A stretch of DNA of 64,000 bases from positions 558,001 through 622,000 of the forward strand of contig CAUYUJ010000070.1 in NCBI GenBank assembly GCA_963575745.1, written 5' to 3'. Made by a program: the position numbers and the translations under genes. The notes under the pieces were generated by a model. It did not search any database and was not told where the DNA came from. It worked only from the letters and a program-made list of their open reading frames with translations. This DNA comes from Prorocentrum cordatum (lineage: Eukaryota). Positions 24,101 to 36,799 of this stretch are shown in pieces. Numbering within the stretch: position 1 is the stretch's first letter; each line of letters starts with the position of its first letter.

Positions 24101-25285
24101 GCCGCGGGCGCGGCGACCGCCCGCCAGGGCCTGGCCTGGGTGGCGGCCAGCACCGCGTCCGCAGCGTGCCGTTGCAGCACGCTTCCGAAAGCCTGCTGGA
24201 GCTCACGGATGGCCGCTGAACGCCGCGCGCAGGAACGCCTTCTTCCTCCTCCTCCTCCTCCTCCTCCTCCTCCTCCTCCTCCTCCTCCTCCTCCTCCTCC
24301 TCCTCCTCGTCCTCCTCCTCCCTTTCCCTTCTTCTGCTCATTATCCTCTTCCTCACGTGTTCCCCGAAAGGTTTCAACGACGGTTGGGGGAGCACAAGGT
24401 CCGATAGCTCTTGCCCAACTTTCGGCCACTTCGGCGCTTCCAAAAAGGCAAGGCCAAAAAGGCAAGGGGCTGCGGTGATTCGCCGTAGGCGTCTTCGATC
24501 CGCCGCCCCGTGTAAATCTATCACAGAGGTGCCTGGCGTGTTGAATCTTTGACTGTTTTTAATGATTGGAGGCCCCAGGGTTTCGGCCCACCGCGCCGGC
24601 CACCAGAAAGGCCGCGCCAAGCCGCACAATCCGCCGATTTGTTTGTCAAATCGTCCCAAGACGGCCAAGATGGTCTCCAAGATGGCCTCCAAGACGCCCA
24701 AGATGGTCCAAGATGGCCTTCAACACGGCCCAAGGGGGACCAAGATGCCTCCAACTCCGCCCAAGAAGCCACCCAGACGGCCCAAGATGGCGTCAGAATG
24801 GCCCAAGACGGCCCAAGAGGCCCCAAAAAGACCTCCACGACGGTCATATAGAAGCATTAAAAGACTCCCCAGGAAGGCCCGAAGATGCAAAAATCATTCA
24901 TTGCCCAATGATTTTTTGAAGGATTCGGGCAGTTGCTCTTCTCGGCCTCCCGACGGCCCGAGACGACGCAAGAGGCTCCCGAGATCGCCCCAAGATCGCC
25001 CAAGAGGCCTCCAAGATAGCCCAATGACGACTCAAGAGGCCCCACGACCCCAAGACGGCCCCAAGAGGGCCCCAAGGCGGCCCAAGACGCCTCCTAGCAC
25101 CGAAGATGGCCTCCATGACGACCCTGGAGCGCCCCAAGAGAGCCCTAAGACTGCCCAGAGAGGCTCCCAAGACAGCTTCCGGCGGCGTCAGACGGACCAG
25201 GAACGCCCTAAGACTGCCAAAGGGGCCCCAAACAAGCCCCCAAAGGCCCCCACGAGGCCCAAGGAGGCCCCGAAAAGGCCTCCTA
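21160..25285 (+). repeat. Cluster of GGCCCCAAGA/CCAAGATGG-rich dispersed repeats (several copies, interrupted by other sequence)
   Basis: Shared blocks TTCGGCCCAnCGCGCCGGCCACC (about 22596, 24582) and TTTTGAAGGATTyGGGCAGTTGCT...CCCGACGGCCC (about 22907, 24913); similar sequence at 50560-51235. Confidence 0.75.
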
Positions 25286-25593
25286 GATCACTGTCGGCTT
25301 CACTGCAGGTATCCTTTGATTTGAAGTAGTTACTGGGCCTCGCCATCGCCCATGGGTACCCCGACGCTGCGGCCCGTCAGGTGCCACGGTCCCCGCTGCC
25401 GAGGCCGGGTGCGACAGCGCGCTCAGGCCCGAAGTCTTCTGCCTCTGAGTGCCCCCTCCTCTCTCCTCCTCCGCGGCCGCCCCGTCTGTCTCAGTCTCCC
25501 CTCCTGCACGCTGGGCAATTCGCTTTTCGGTGTCCCCGTTTAGTCCGACCGCTGGTGCAGCCAATCTGCCTCGCCGCCGATGAAAAGTGTAAC

Positions 25594-25874
25594 TATGCGT
25601 GTGTGCAGGTGTGTATGCATGTGTGTAGGTGTGTATGTATGTATGTATGTATGTATGTATGTATGTATGTATGTATGGATGTATGTATGTATGTATGTAT
25701 GTATGTATGTATGTATGTATGTGTGTATGTATGTATGTATGTATGTATGTATGTATGTATGTATGCTTGTATGTATGTATGTATGTATGTATGTATGTAT
25801 GCATGCATGCATGCATGCATGCATGCATGCATGCATGCATACCATGTATGTATGTATGTATGTATGTATGTGTG

Positions 25875-25906
<32 letters not shown>

Positions 25907-26450
25907 TGTATGTGTGTATGTATGCATGCATGTATGTATGTATGTATGTATGTATGTATGTATGTATGTATGTATGTATGTATGTATGTATGTATGTATG
26001 TATGTGTGTGTGTGTATGTATGTATGTATGTATGTATGTATGCATGCATGCATGCATGCATGTATGGATGCATGTATGCATGCATGTGTGTATGTATGTA
26101 TGTATGTATGGATGTGTGTATGTATGTGTGTATGTATGTATGTATGCATGTATGCATGTATGTATGTATGGTTGTATGTGTGCATGCATGCATGCATGCA
26201 TGCATGCATGTGTGGATGCATGTATGCATGTATGTGTGTATGATTGTATGCATGTATGCAGGTATGCATGTATGTGTGTATGTATGTATGTATGTGTGTA
26301 TGTATGTATGGGTGCATGCATACATGCATGCATGCATGCATGTATGTATGTATGTATGTATGTGTGTATGTGTGCATGTGGGCATGTATGCATGTATGCA
26401 TGTATGTGTGTATGTATGTATGTATGTATGTATGTATGTATGTATGTATA
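25594..26450. repeat. (TATG)n/(CATG)n microsatellite
   Basis: Directly visible. Confidence 0.97.
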
Positions 26451-28042
26451 CTGCGTGGGGAACACCGTTGATATACATGGCGCGATTACAAACACATCAG
26501 TTAATCATCAGAGTACAAAAACTCACTGGGTGGGCTTGGCCTGCTGGGTTGCATGGCTTGGCTAGGGGGGCAGTTTTGGAAGACTTATGGAATCACCTCA
26601 GTTGGGACTGGGCGGGCTGGGTTGGCTAGGCTGGCCGAGCTGGCTTGGATGGCTGGCTAGGCTAGGATGGGCTGGGAAGCAGGGAGTTCGAGGGTCCCAC
26701 GACCACAAGACGACAGACGACTATGGCGGTGCTGCTGCTGCTGCTGCCGCTGCGGCTGCAGCTGCTGGCGCTCTTGCTGATGCTGGTGCTGGCATTGGTG
26801 CTGATGCTGGTGCTGCTGGTACTGGAGCTGGTGCTGCAGGGGTTGATGCTGGGCTGATGTTGGTACTGCTGCTGGCTGCTGGATCTGGTCTTGGGACGCT
26901 TCTCCTGCTGTGTCCGACTATTGGCGCCGCTACCACTACCACCACCACCACTGGCATGGAAACGTCTCAAGAGGTGCGGTCTCGGTAGCAAGTCCGGCGC
27001 TGGACCCAGCATCCAGGACTGGACCTCTGGACGCTGGACTTTATTATCGTCGCGGCCCTCGTCGTCGACGTCGTCGTCTCATAATTCCTCCCCCATCCTC
27101 CTCGTCGTCCACCTCCTCCCCTGCCTCTTCGCCTTCGTCGTCCTTCTCCTCATCCTCCTCCTCCTCCTCCTCCTCCCTCTGTCCTCCACCTCCTCCTCCT
27201 CCTCCTCCCCTCCTCCTCCTCCTCCTCCTTCTACTCCTCCTCCTTCTACTCCTCCGTGTCCCCCATCCTCTTTCCAAAGATAGCGGCCAGCGACCCCGAG
27301 AGGCCCCACGAGGACACCACGAGGGCCCCGAGAAGATCCCGAGAGGGCCCCGAGAGTCCCCAAGCGGCTCCCTTAGATCAAGGTACCCTCGGACGCAAGG
27401 ATGGCAGAAGCGAAGCACCCACGCGGCCCAATAAAACCGCCGCGGCATGGGAACATGTTTCAGCACGTGTCCACCGCCCCTCTGCGCGCCCTCGCCAGGC
27501 TTCCAATGCGGCTGCTGCATGCTCAGATACAACCTTGATCATAGCAGCACGCCTGGGCATACATTCTGCATCTGTTCGGTGTTCCACCGGTGTTTCTGGG
27601 CGGCTGCTCCACTGCATGTTACTTCCCTTCCCTGCTCAGAACAACTCGCATGCCCATCGTTTCTGGATGGGCTGCCACGATTACGCGACTCGTCAAGAAT
27701 AACGACTCAGGAATACCGTATATGATAGAATTATCCCGGCAAAGCAACCTAACAGCGATGTGTAGGAGCATATCTGGAAGCATTCCCCTTAAGATTCTTG
27801 TGTGAATCCACTTGTAGAATTCTGCTGTTCTCGCAGTCGCGGTCGCATTCGCAATGACAGTCGCAGTGGCAACGGCCTTAGGATCCAATGGAATCCTAAG
27901 GATTCCTAGGGATTCCTGAGGCATCCTTAGGCATCCTTAGGAATCCATAGGAATCCGTGGGAATCCTTAGGAATCCTTAGGAATCCTGATTCCTACGGAT
28001 TCCTAAGGAATCCTAGGGAATCCTAAGGATTCCAAAGCATTC

Positions 28043-29722
28043 GCCTGCCTCGGCCTCAGCCTCAGCCTGCCCCAGCCTCAGCCTGCCTCAGCCTCAGCCT
28101 CAGCCTGTCTCAGCCTCAGCCTGCCTCAGCATCAGCCTCAGCCTCAGCCTCAGCCTGCCTCGGTCTCAGCCTCAGCCACAGCCTCAGCCTGCCTCGGCCT
28201 CAGCCTCAGCCTGCATCAGCCTCAGCCTCAGCCTCAGCCTCAGCCTCAGCCTGCCTCAGCCTGCATCAGCCTCAGCCTCAGCCTGCCTCAGCCGCAGCCT
28301 CAGCCTGCCTCAGCCTCAGCCTCAGCCTCAGCCTCAGCCTCAGCCTCAGCCTGCCTCAGCCTGCTCAGCCTCAGCCTCAGCCTGCCTCAGCCGCAGCCTC
28401 AGCCTCAGCCTCAGCCTCAGCCTCAGTCTGCCTCAGCTCAGCCTCAGCCTCAGCCTGCCTCAGCCTCAGCTCAGCCTCTCAGCCTCAGCCTGCCTCAGCC
28501 TCAGCCTCAGCCTCAGCCTGCCTCAGCCTCAGCCTGCATCAGCCTCAGCCTCAGCCCCAGCCTGCCTCAGCATCAGCCTTAGCCTCAATCCTGCCTCAGC
28601 CTCAGCCTGCCTCAGCCTCAGCCACAGCCTCAGCCTGCCTCGGCCTCAGCCTCAGCCTCAGCCCTCAGCCTCAGCCTCAGCCTGCTTCAGCCTCAGCCTC
28701 AGTCATCAGCCTCAGCCTCAGCCTGCCTCAGCCTCAGCCTCAGCCTCAGCCACAGCCTCAGCCTCAGCCTCAGTCTGCCTCAGCTCAGCCTCAGCCTCAG
28801 CCTGCCTCAGCCTCCTCAGCCTCAGCCTCAGCCTGCCTCGGCCTCAGCCTCAGCCTCAGCCTCAGCCTCAGCCTCAGCCTCAGCCTCAGCCTCAGCCTCA
28901 GCCTCAGCCTGCCTCAGCCTCAGCCTCAGCCTCAGCCCTGCCTCAGCCTCAGCCGCCTCAGCCTCAGCCTCAGCCTCTCAGCCTCAGCCTCAGCCTCAGC
29001 CTCAGCTCAGCCTCAGCTTCAGCCTCAGCCTCAGCCTGCCTCAGCCTCAGCCTCAGCCTCAGCCTCAGCCTGCCTCAGCCTCAGCCTCAGCCTCAGCCTC
29101 AGCCTGCTTCAGCCTCAGCTCAGTCTGCCTTCAGCCTCGGCCTCAGCCTCAGCCTGCCTCAGCCTCAGCCTGCATCAGCCTCAGCCTCAGCCTCAGCCTG
29201 CCTCAGCGTCAGCCTGCCTCAGCCTCAGCCTCAGCCTGCTTCAGCCTCAGCCTCAGTCTGCCTTCAGCCTCGGCCTCAGCCTCAGCCTGCCTCAGCCTCA
29301 GCCTCAGCCTCAGCCTCAGCCTCAGCCTGCCTCAGCCTCCTCAGCCCTCAGCCTCAGCCTGCTCAGCCTCAGCCTCAGCCTCAGCCTGCCTCCTCAGCCT
29401 CAGCCTCAGCCTCAGCCTCAGCCTCAGCCTCAGCCTCAGCCTCAGCCTCAGCCTCAGCCTCAGCCTCAGCCTCAGCCTCAGCCTCAGCTGCATCAGCCTC
29501 AGCCTCAGCCTCAGCCTCAGCCTCATCTCAGCCTCAGCCACCTCAGCCTCAGCCTCAGCCTGCCTCAGCTTGCCTCAGCCTCAGCCTCAGCCTGCCTCGG
29601 CCTCAGCCTCAGCCTCAGCCTGCCTCAGCCTCAGCGTCAGCCTCTCAGCCTCAGCCTGCATCAGCCTCAGCCTCAGCTTGCCTCAGCCTCAGTCTCAGCC
29701 TGCCTCAGCCTCAGCCTGCCTC
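28043..29722. repeat. (CAGCCT)n hexamer satellite
   Basis: Directly visible, about 1.7 kb. Confidence 0.97.
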
Positions 29723-29726
29723 AAGA

Positions 29727-30106
29727 TTGGTGTTTCGGGAACACGAAGAACACGAAGTGGCCTACAGTTGGCTCCGGGCATTCAAAATGTGGCCTGGGAA
29801 TGGTGTTCTGGGACACGAGAAACACGAAGTGGCCTACAGGTGGCTCCGGGCATTCAAAATGTGGCCTGTGAATGGTGTTCTGGGAACACGAAGAACACGA
29901 AGTGGCCTACAGCTGGCCCCGGGCATTCAAAATGTGGCCTGTGAATGGTGTTCTGGGAGCACGAAGAACACGAAGTGGCCTACAGCTGGCCCCGGGCATT
30001 CAAAATGTGGCCTCGGAATGGTTTTCTGGGAACACGAAGAACACGAAGTGGCCTACAGCTGGCTCCGGGCATTCAAAATGTAGCCTGGGAACGGTGTTCT
30101 GGGAAT
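29727..30106. repeat. 72-73-bp tandem repeat, about 5 copies, same family as 20569-21002
   Basis: Recurrent ACACGAAGTGGCCTACAGnTGGCyCCGGGCATTCAAAATG. Confidence 0.93.
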
Positions 30107-32009
30107 GGATTCCTAAGGATTCCTAAGAATTCCTAAGGATTCCTAAGGATCCCTAGGGCTGCCGGATCCTGCCGGATCCCCTGTCCCGGTCCCGCCTAGA
30201 CCCCCCTGGGGCGTCAAGATGCTTTCTTTTGACACCACTAGAAACCTATCAGCAAGAGCTGTTTGGCAAAAAAGAAAAAAAGGGTAGCAGTGTTCAAGGG
30301 CACGAACCATACCCGTACATCAACATCGATCCTGGAAGAGTCAGGGTTTGTGCTCCGATTGGCCCCCGTGGGCAGTGGCAGCACCGCAAGAGGGGAAGTT
30401 GGTGCTCGAGCTTCGACAAGAAAAGCCTCGGGGAGAGAGGACAAATTGGGCTTCCAACTCCCACCCCCTCCCCTCGGGCTCGCCCTTCTTCCTCTCCCTT
30501 CTTTCCCTCTCCTGCTTCCCGCTGCTCCTTCTCCTGCTGAGCAATTAAAGAGAAGTGGCCAAGCAAGTGCGGCGCAGCCCGAAGCTAAGACCAGAGCCGC
30601 CGGGGCCAATCACCTTGGTGATGGTTTTGCTGGCAGTCCCCCTAAGACTCACTCATTCTCCTCATACAGCCGTTACTCTCTCTCTCTCGCCCCCTCTCTC
30701 TCTCTCTCGCTCCCTCCCTCCGCCCCTCTGACGAGGAGGCCATCAACACACAAGGGCTGACAAATACACCATGGAAAGCACTACCATACCACGACTACGA
30801 CCACGACTGAAAGACTACGACCGACACATCCCAGAAGAATTGGAGGGGAAATGCAAAACATATTCACACACACACACCGGCGCGCGACCCAGACCACGGT
30901 AACAGCATTGAAAGCTCCGCTGATCACGAGCGCGACCACTCACAACCGCATTCGCCACCGACGCCGAAGTACGGCATCGATGAGGACACATCGTGGCTGC
31001 TGCCACATGCCGCCTGCTCCCTCCTCCCGATCCTCTCTCCACCCCTCCGTCTCACCCTCCTCCTCTTGGCATCTAGCTACGAAGGCCCCGCGATCTCGCC
31101 GTATTGGCCTGTACGGCACCTCGACTCGAAAAGGTGATACGATGAATGATTCGCATTCGATGTTCAATGCGTGCTCCTGTGCTTCACACCTCCTCATGCT
31201 CCCCTCCTTATCCTTACTCGACTCGCAAGCGGGAAGGCACGCTGCTCGAAGGAGAGGAAGTGCGACACAGGAAGGCTCAGATAGATCTGGAGGCTATTGA
31301 GAGGCAGATCGAGAACCTGCTACCCTAGCCAGACTACGACATATACTGCTTCAGCAAGCGTTGCTAATGTGGTGTAGATCACCCCACGTGCATGTTTCGT
31401 GACGTGAGATGGTGTGAAGAACCAGTGAAGGGTTTGCTCCTCTCCTCACTTAACCTCGCTCGTGCATCGTACGTAGCAAGCAAGCCTGACTGGAAATAAC
31501 ATTAATGTGCGTCGCACAGCCAGTGTTAGCAAGCTAGAGTCGGAGCTTCAAGCAGTGGTAGATCGATCCACACCCCGCCAGTCGTTGTCCAATGCTCTGT
31601 AAAGCCGTACATGGACAATTCAATCGAACCCCATTACCGATGAATCGTCATCATCAGCATTACCAGGAGAACCCACGCAGCGAGCTTGCATTGAGGGTGC
31701 CCCGCCCCTCCCCAGACCCCCCTCTCTAAGGTTGGCGTTCGGCATCCCCACAAAGGACGGTGCACCGCTGCAACACTGATGCGGGGGTTGAAGGGGTCTC
31801 CCGCGGTGTCCAATCCTTGCCATGCTGAGTGCGGTGGCGGAGCGAGACCAGATCACTACCCATTGGCCGTGCCAATCAACATTGAGGAGGGATACAGGGG
31901 GGTCTCAGGCTTCCAACTCCCACACTGTACGCCGTGGCGCGCTTGGAGTCGACCTCGCGTTGAACCACTGGCCGCGTCCACCCCCAGAGGCCCCGACCCC
32001 GCCGCCCAG

Positions 32010-32289
32010 CCAGCGAGGCAGCAGACGAGACGGTCCACTAGGCAGCTAACGAGGCAGCCAATGAGGTAGCCGACAAGGCAGCAGACGAGGCAGCCAACGA
32101 GGCACCCCACGAGGCAGCCAACGACGCAGCCAACGAGGCAGTCGACGAGGCAGCCAATTCGGATCTCATCTCATGTGTGCTACGAGCAAACAAACCTAGC
32201 TTGTGCACGTCTTCGATTTAACCCGACGAGGCAGCCAGTTCGGATATCATATCATGTGTGCCACGGGCTGACAAACCTAGCTTGTGCAC
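32010..32289. repeat. 12-mer (ACGAGGCAGCCA)n array followed by a 65-bp duplication (32144-32208 / 32225-32289)
   Basis: Directly visible. Confidence 0.8.
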
Positions 32290-32626
32290 TAGTTCGGTTT
32301 TAATTGTTATCTACCGAAAGCCAGACATCGGAGTTGGGTGTAGAATGTTCTGCAGTTCCAGAGGCTCAGAATCACATTGATAGTTGCCGCCAGTCAGCAG
32401 TATGACTCAAGCCATTTGGCTCGTAGGCTCACACTCGGAATCGAGATTGGGTGGGGGAGTTTTGGGGGAGGCGGAGGGTGCGCGAGCGGGTAAGGGCAAA
32501 CGCGAGGAAGAGGGGAAAAGAGGCGATGGGAAGAGGAAGGGAGCCGAAGGAGAGACTTGAACGAAGGAGCTCCCACTTGTTTCAATCTCGCCATCCCGTG
32601 GGGCGACAACGAGGAATCGCGGGCAC

Positions 32627-33232
32627 CTCGCCGATCAGAGGCTTGGCCACCTCCACCAGGTGCACGGAGAAAGACTCGTTGGAGTTGGAGGTGTCCGAGT
32701 GCAGGAACGTCACCTCTGCGTGGGGGAGGGGGGGAGCGGCGAGGGGGGGAGAGGGGGCGAGAAACGAATGAGGCGAAGCAGCAGCGCGGGGAGGAGCAGG
32801 CAGCGAGAACGACAGGGAGGAGAGAACTGACCTCCTTACACGCCTGGCTCAGTGGCCACCCGTCCTAGAGCCGGACGGGTGCCGGGGCCACGGCAAGACA
32901 TGGGAGGATGGAAGAGGAGGAGTGAGGAACGAGGAGAGGGAGAAAGAGAGGGAGGGAGGAGGCCGTGGAGAGGAGGATGAGGAAAAACAGGAGGATGAGG
33001 AGAAGGCGGAAGAGAAGGACGGAGGGAGGAGGAGGTTTGCTGGGTGACTACCCACCGCCGCCACAGCTAAACAGCAAAGGCGAGAACGCCGACCTCCCCA
33101 GATGGGGGTACGGGGGGGGGGGGGGGGGCAACATTCTGTCGGGGGGTGCCAAAGGCGTCTCTGGCCCAGTGTATTCCCAGTTTTTCTTTGGAGCTCCTGG
33201 AGCGAGGTTGGGCCAGGGACTCGTGGCAAGAC
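32627..33232 (-). CDS. Three candidate mini-exons of an unidentified host gene (33150-33232, 32832-32864, 32627-32713)
   Basis: Each has an AG acceptor and a GC or GT donor; phases join as GLATSPWPNLAPGAPKKNWEYTGPETPL-DGWPLSQACKE-VTFLHSDTSNSNESFSVHLVEVAKPLIGE. Confidence 0.55.
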
Positions 33233-34699
33233 CTGAAGGGGAAGGGGGTGATGCAGCCTGCAGCTGGCTTCGGCCCCGCTGGCGCCTGCGGAGCCTGGAG
33301 GCGTTGGGGGAGTCAGCCACGTAAGCTGATCCGCGGACTGCCCCATTTATAATCGCCTTTCGTCCGACCCGTCGAGCGCGAGCGCGAGCGCGAGCCCGAG
33401 CCCGAGCCTGTGCCCGAGCCCGAGCCCGAGCTCGAGCCCGAGCGCGAGCGCGAGCGCGAGCCAGAGCCCGAGCCCCAGTGCGAGCACAAGCCCGCCTCCA
33501 ATTCAGGACAGCGCGGAAACAGACGCGGTCCCTCCACCCCAACGGTCAGGCAACCGACTGGGCGATGCCTCACGGCCCAGGAGGCACTTCGGGCAGCCCA
33601 CAAACGGAACAGCGAGGCATGGCATGGCACGGCACGGCAAGGCACGGCATGCGCCCAAGGCAATCAAGGAACGAGACAACACGGGGCGGCACGGAACGCA
33701 TCGGAAGGAATCACGAGCCGTGACACGGCACGGCACGGCACGGCACGGAACAGCACGGCGCGGCACAAGCCCAACGAAATCACCAGGCACGATCGGAAAT
33801 GGCACGACTCGACGGCACAGAGGGGCACGACGGCACTGGACGCCATGGCAGGCGCCCGACGGAATCATGAGTCGGCAACCCTTAACCCCTTCGAAAACTG
33901 GGGAAGACCTTGCAGCATTCGCAGCGTGGAGAATGCGTAGGGAACTCTCGCAGCATTATGTGTCTACCACGGCCCATTCAAACATGTTGATCTGTCAGTG
34001 TCGCCGATGCCTCCAGTTACGTTCCGCTGCACCACGTAACATCCACTCGCATTGCATTCCGAACAATTGTATCCCAACGCGTCCAGTTACACCCCACCAC
34101 GTTCCGTGATGCTCGAGATGGCTATTGCGCGCAGCCACGTGTACGCGCGAGGTGACAAGAAACAAGGCCAGCTTCACAGAAAGCTACTGGTAAACGCGTT
34201 GGGCCAGAACGGTGAGGGGGAAGCTTCTTGACGATCGGCGCTGCTGCACTGCGCTGCACTCATACTTAGTAGAGCACAAGCAAGGCCCCCGACCAGACGC
34301 GGTCGCGGAGGTGACCCAGGGGCTGGGCGATTCGATCAGTCAGCCCCGCAGCAGAGGCACTTCCCCCTCCTCCTCCTCCACCTCCTCCTCCGCCGCCTCC
34401 ACCACCTCAACAAACACAGGATTGCCACGCTTTCGGGATCGTCCCGCCCTCAGTGGCTCCAGAGCAGCCCACTGCAGGACGGGGCGGCATGGACGATCCG
34501 ACAGCCCGCGCGGCATGCCGCGTGCCTCTCGGGGGCTCCCACCACCCCCACCCCCTCCTACTCCCCACCGTTCCTCTCCCTCGCCCGCGGCCGCCCCAGG
34601 CTCCGCCTCGTTCAGCTTCTGCTGCACAAGGTCATGCGCGGCCTGCAGCTTGTACTCTGGGCCTCTGCGGAGGGCATGAAGTGTGTAAATGTAGATATG

Positions 34700-35330
<631 letters not shown>

Positions 35331-36799
35331 TAATCCGCCGACCCGGCGTATGAGTTTCTCAGAGCGTGGGCTTGAGATCGCCCAAGCTTCGCTCTGCAGA
35401 GAAGGGGGGGGGGACGTTTTTGTCCGTCTAATTTCCTACATTTTTCCATTGAGCGCCAGGGGAGGGGAGTCGCCACGGCCCCGGCCCCGGCCCCAATCCC
35501 GGCCCCGGGCCCCGGCTCCCGGCACCCGTCCCGGCCCCGGCCCCGGCCCTGGCCCCGACCCCGGCCGCTTTGGTGGTGGCGATGACATATGAGATCTATG
35601 TCAGACGAAGTCACTTGTAAGTTAGTTGAGTTCAATCTGAAGTTAAGTGTAAGTAAATTGAAGTTGTTAGTTATGAGATATATGAAGATCCTGCAACTGA
35701 CATCCACATCGAACTTAAACCAGTAGCATGTACAATTGAGACACATGCAGAATATACATTACTTGTGTGCGCCCACTTGCCATACTTATAACATACTTAT
35801 AGTTATACGTATACTTATGATAAATATGAGTCCGATAAGTTTGGTGTTGCGTCTGTTTTTGAAAAGGGGGTAGAACAACAAACAAACGCAGGTTGGTCGG
35901 CCGCGTGCTCCGTCAGGCAAGCGACCGAGAAGGCCGTCCTGAACCGAGTTCAACCCGCGCAGCCTGGGGGGTAGGAAGGAGGGGGCGGCGGGAATGGCGG
36001 GGGGAGGAATGGGGGGATGCCATGCGCATTGGCGGCACACCGCCCGCACTTTCCTTCGCGGCGCGTTCTGATGTGATTCGTTTCGGCGGCCCACCGCCCA
36101 CGTCTTGCAAATGCTGATTTCAATTTTTTCGCATCGGCGGTGCACCGCCCATCTTCTGTCATCGCATTTGGCGGCCCACCGCCCACGTTCCCTTGATTGC
36201 GCCAGGTGTTTCTTCACGCATTGGCGGTGCACCGCCCATCGTGGGGCTTTGCCCGCGCATTGCAATTTCCATGCATCTGTCATCGAATTTGGCGGCCCAC
36301 CGCCCACGCCCCCTTGATTGCGCGAGGTGTTTCTTCACGCATTGGCGGTGCACCGCCCGCGGCTCACGCTCAATCAGATGCCGGTTTGTTTCGCCGCAAT
36401 GGCGGCACCCCACCAACGGGAGGGAGGGGGGGGGGAAGAGGGAGGGAGGGAAGGAGAGCAGGAGGGGGACGCGAAGCGCTATCTCATTCCCCGCTGCCCC
36501 TTTCCCGCCGAGCGCCTCGGGCGGCGCTGGGGGGGGGGGGGGGCGCCCCCGGGGGCCCACCGAGCGCCCCGGGGCCCGCGGCGCGATGGAGCGCGCCCAG
36601 GCTGCCCTGGGCGAGGCAGCGGCGGCGCTTGCAGCGGCGAGCGGGCCCTCCAGGGGTGCTGCGGAGAAGCTGCACTACGGGGGGCTGCGCGCTTGCGGAG
36701 GGCGAAGTGTGAGTGTCGGGTCAAGTTCCGTCCGAGAGGCCATCCATCCCCCCCATCCCCGCCTCCGCGCGGCGGCGCGCCGCCCCCCCCCCCCCCGCG

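Larger units (their letters stand above)
27732..30272 (-). mobile_element. Non-autonomous DINE-1/HINE-like element, copy 2
   Basis: 144-bp block 27733-27876 matches 18911-19054; 30193-30252 matches 21034-21093; same internal satellite order. Confidence 0.6.

Noticed and set aside
23240..24240. Long GC-rich ORFs on both strands
   Set aside because: Expected at this GC content; no domain evidence
25283..26629. MYVC/HTYI-rich ORFs (also at 17900-18900 and 34600-35600)
   Set aside because: Tetranucleotide microsatellite artefacts
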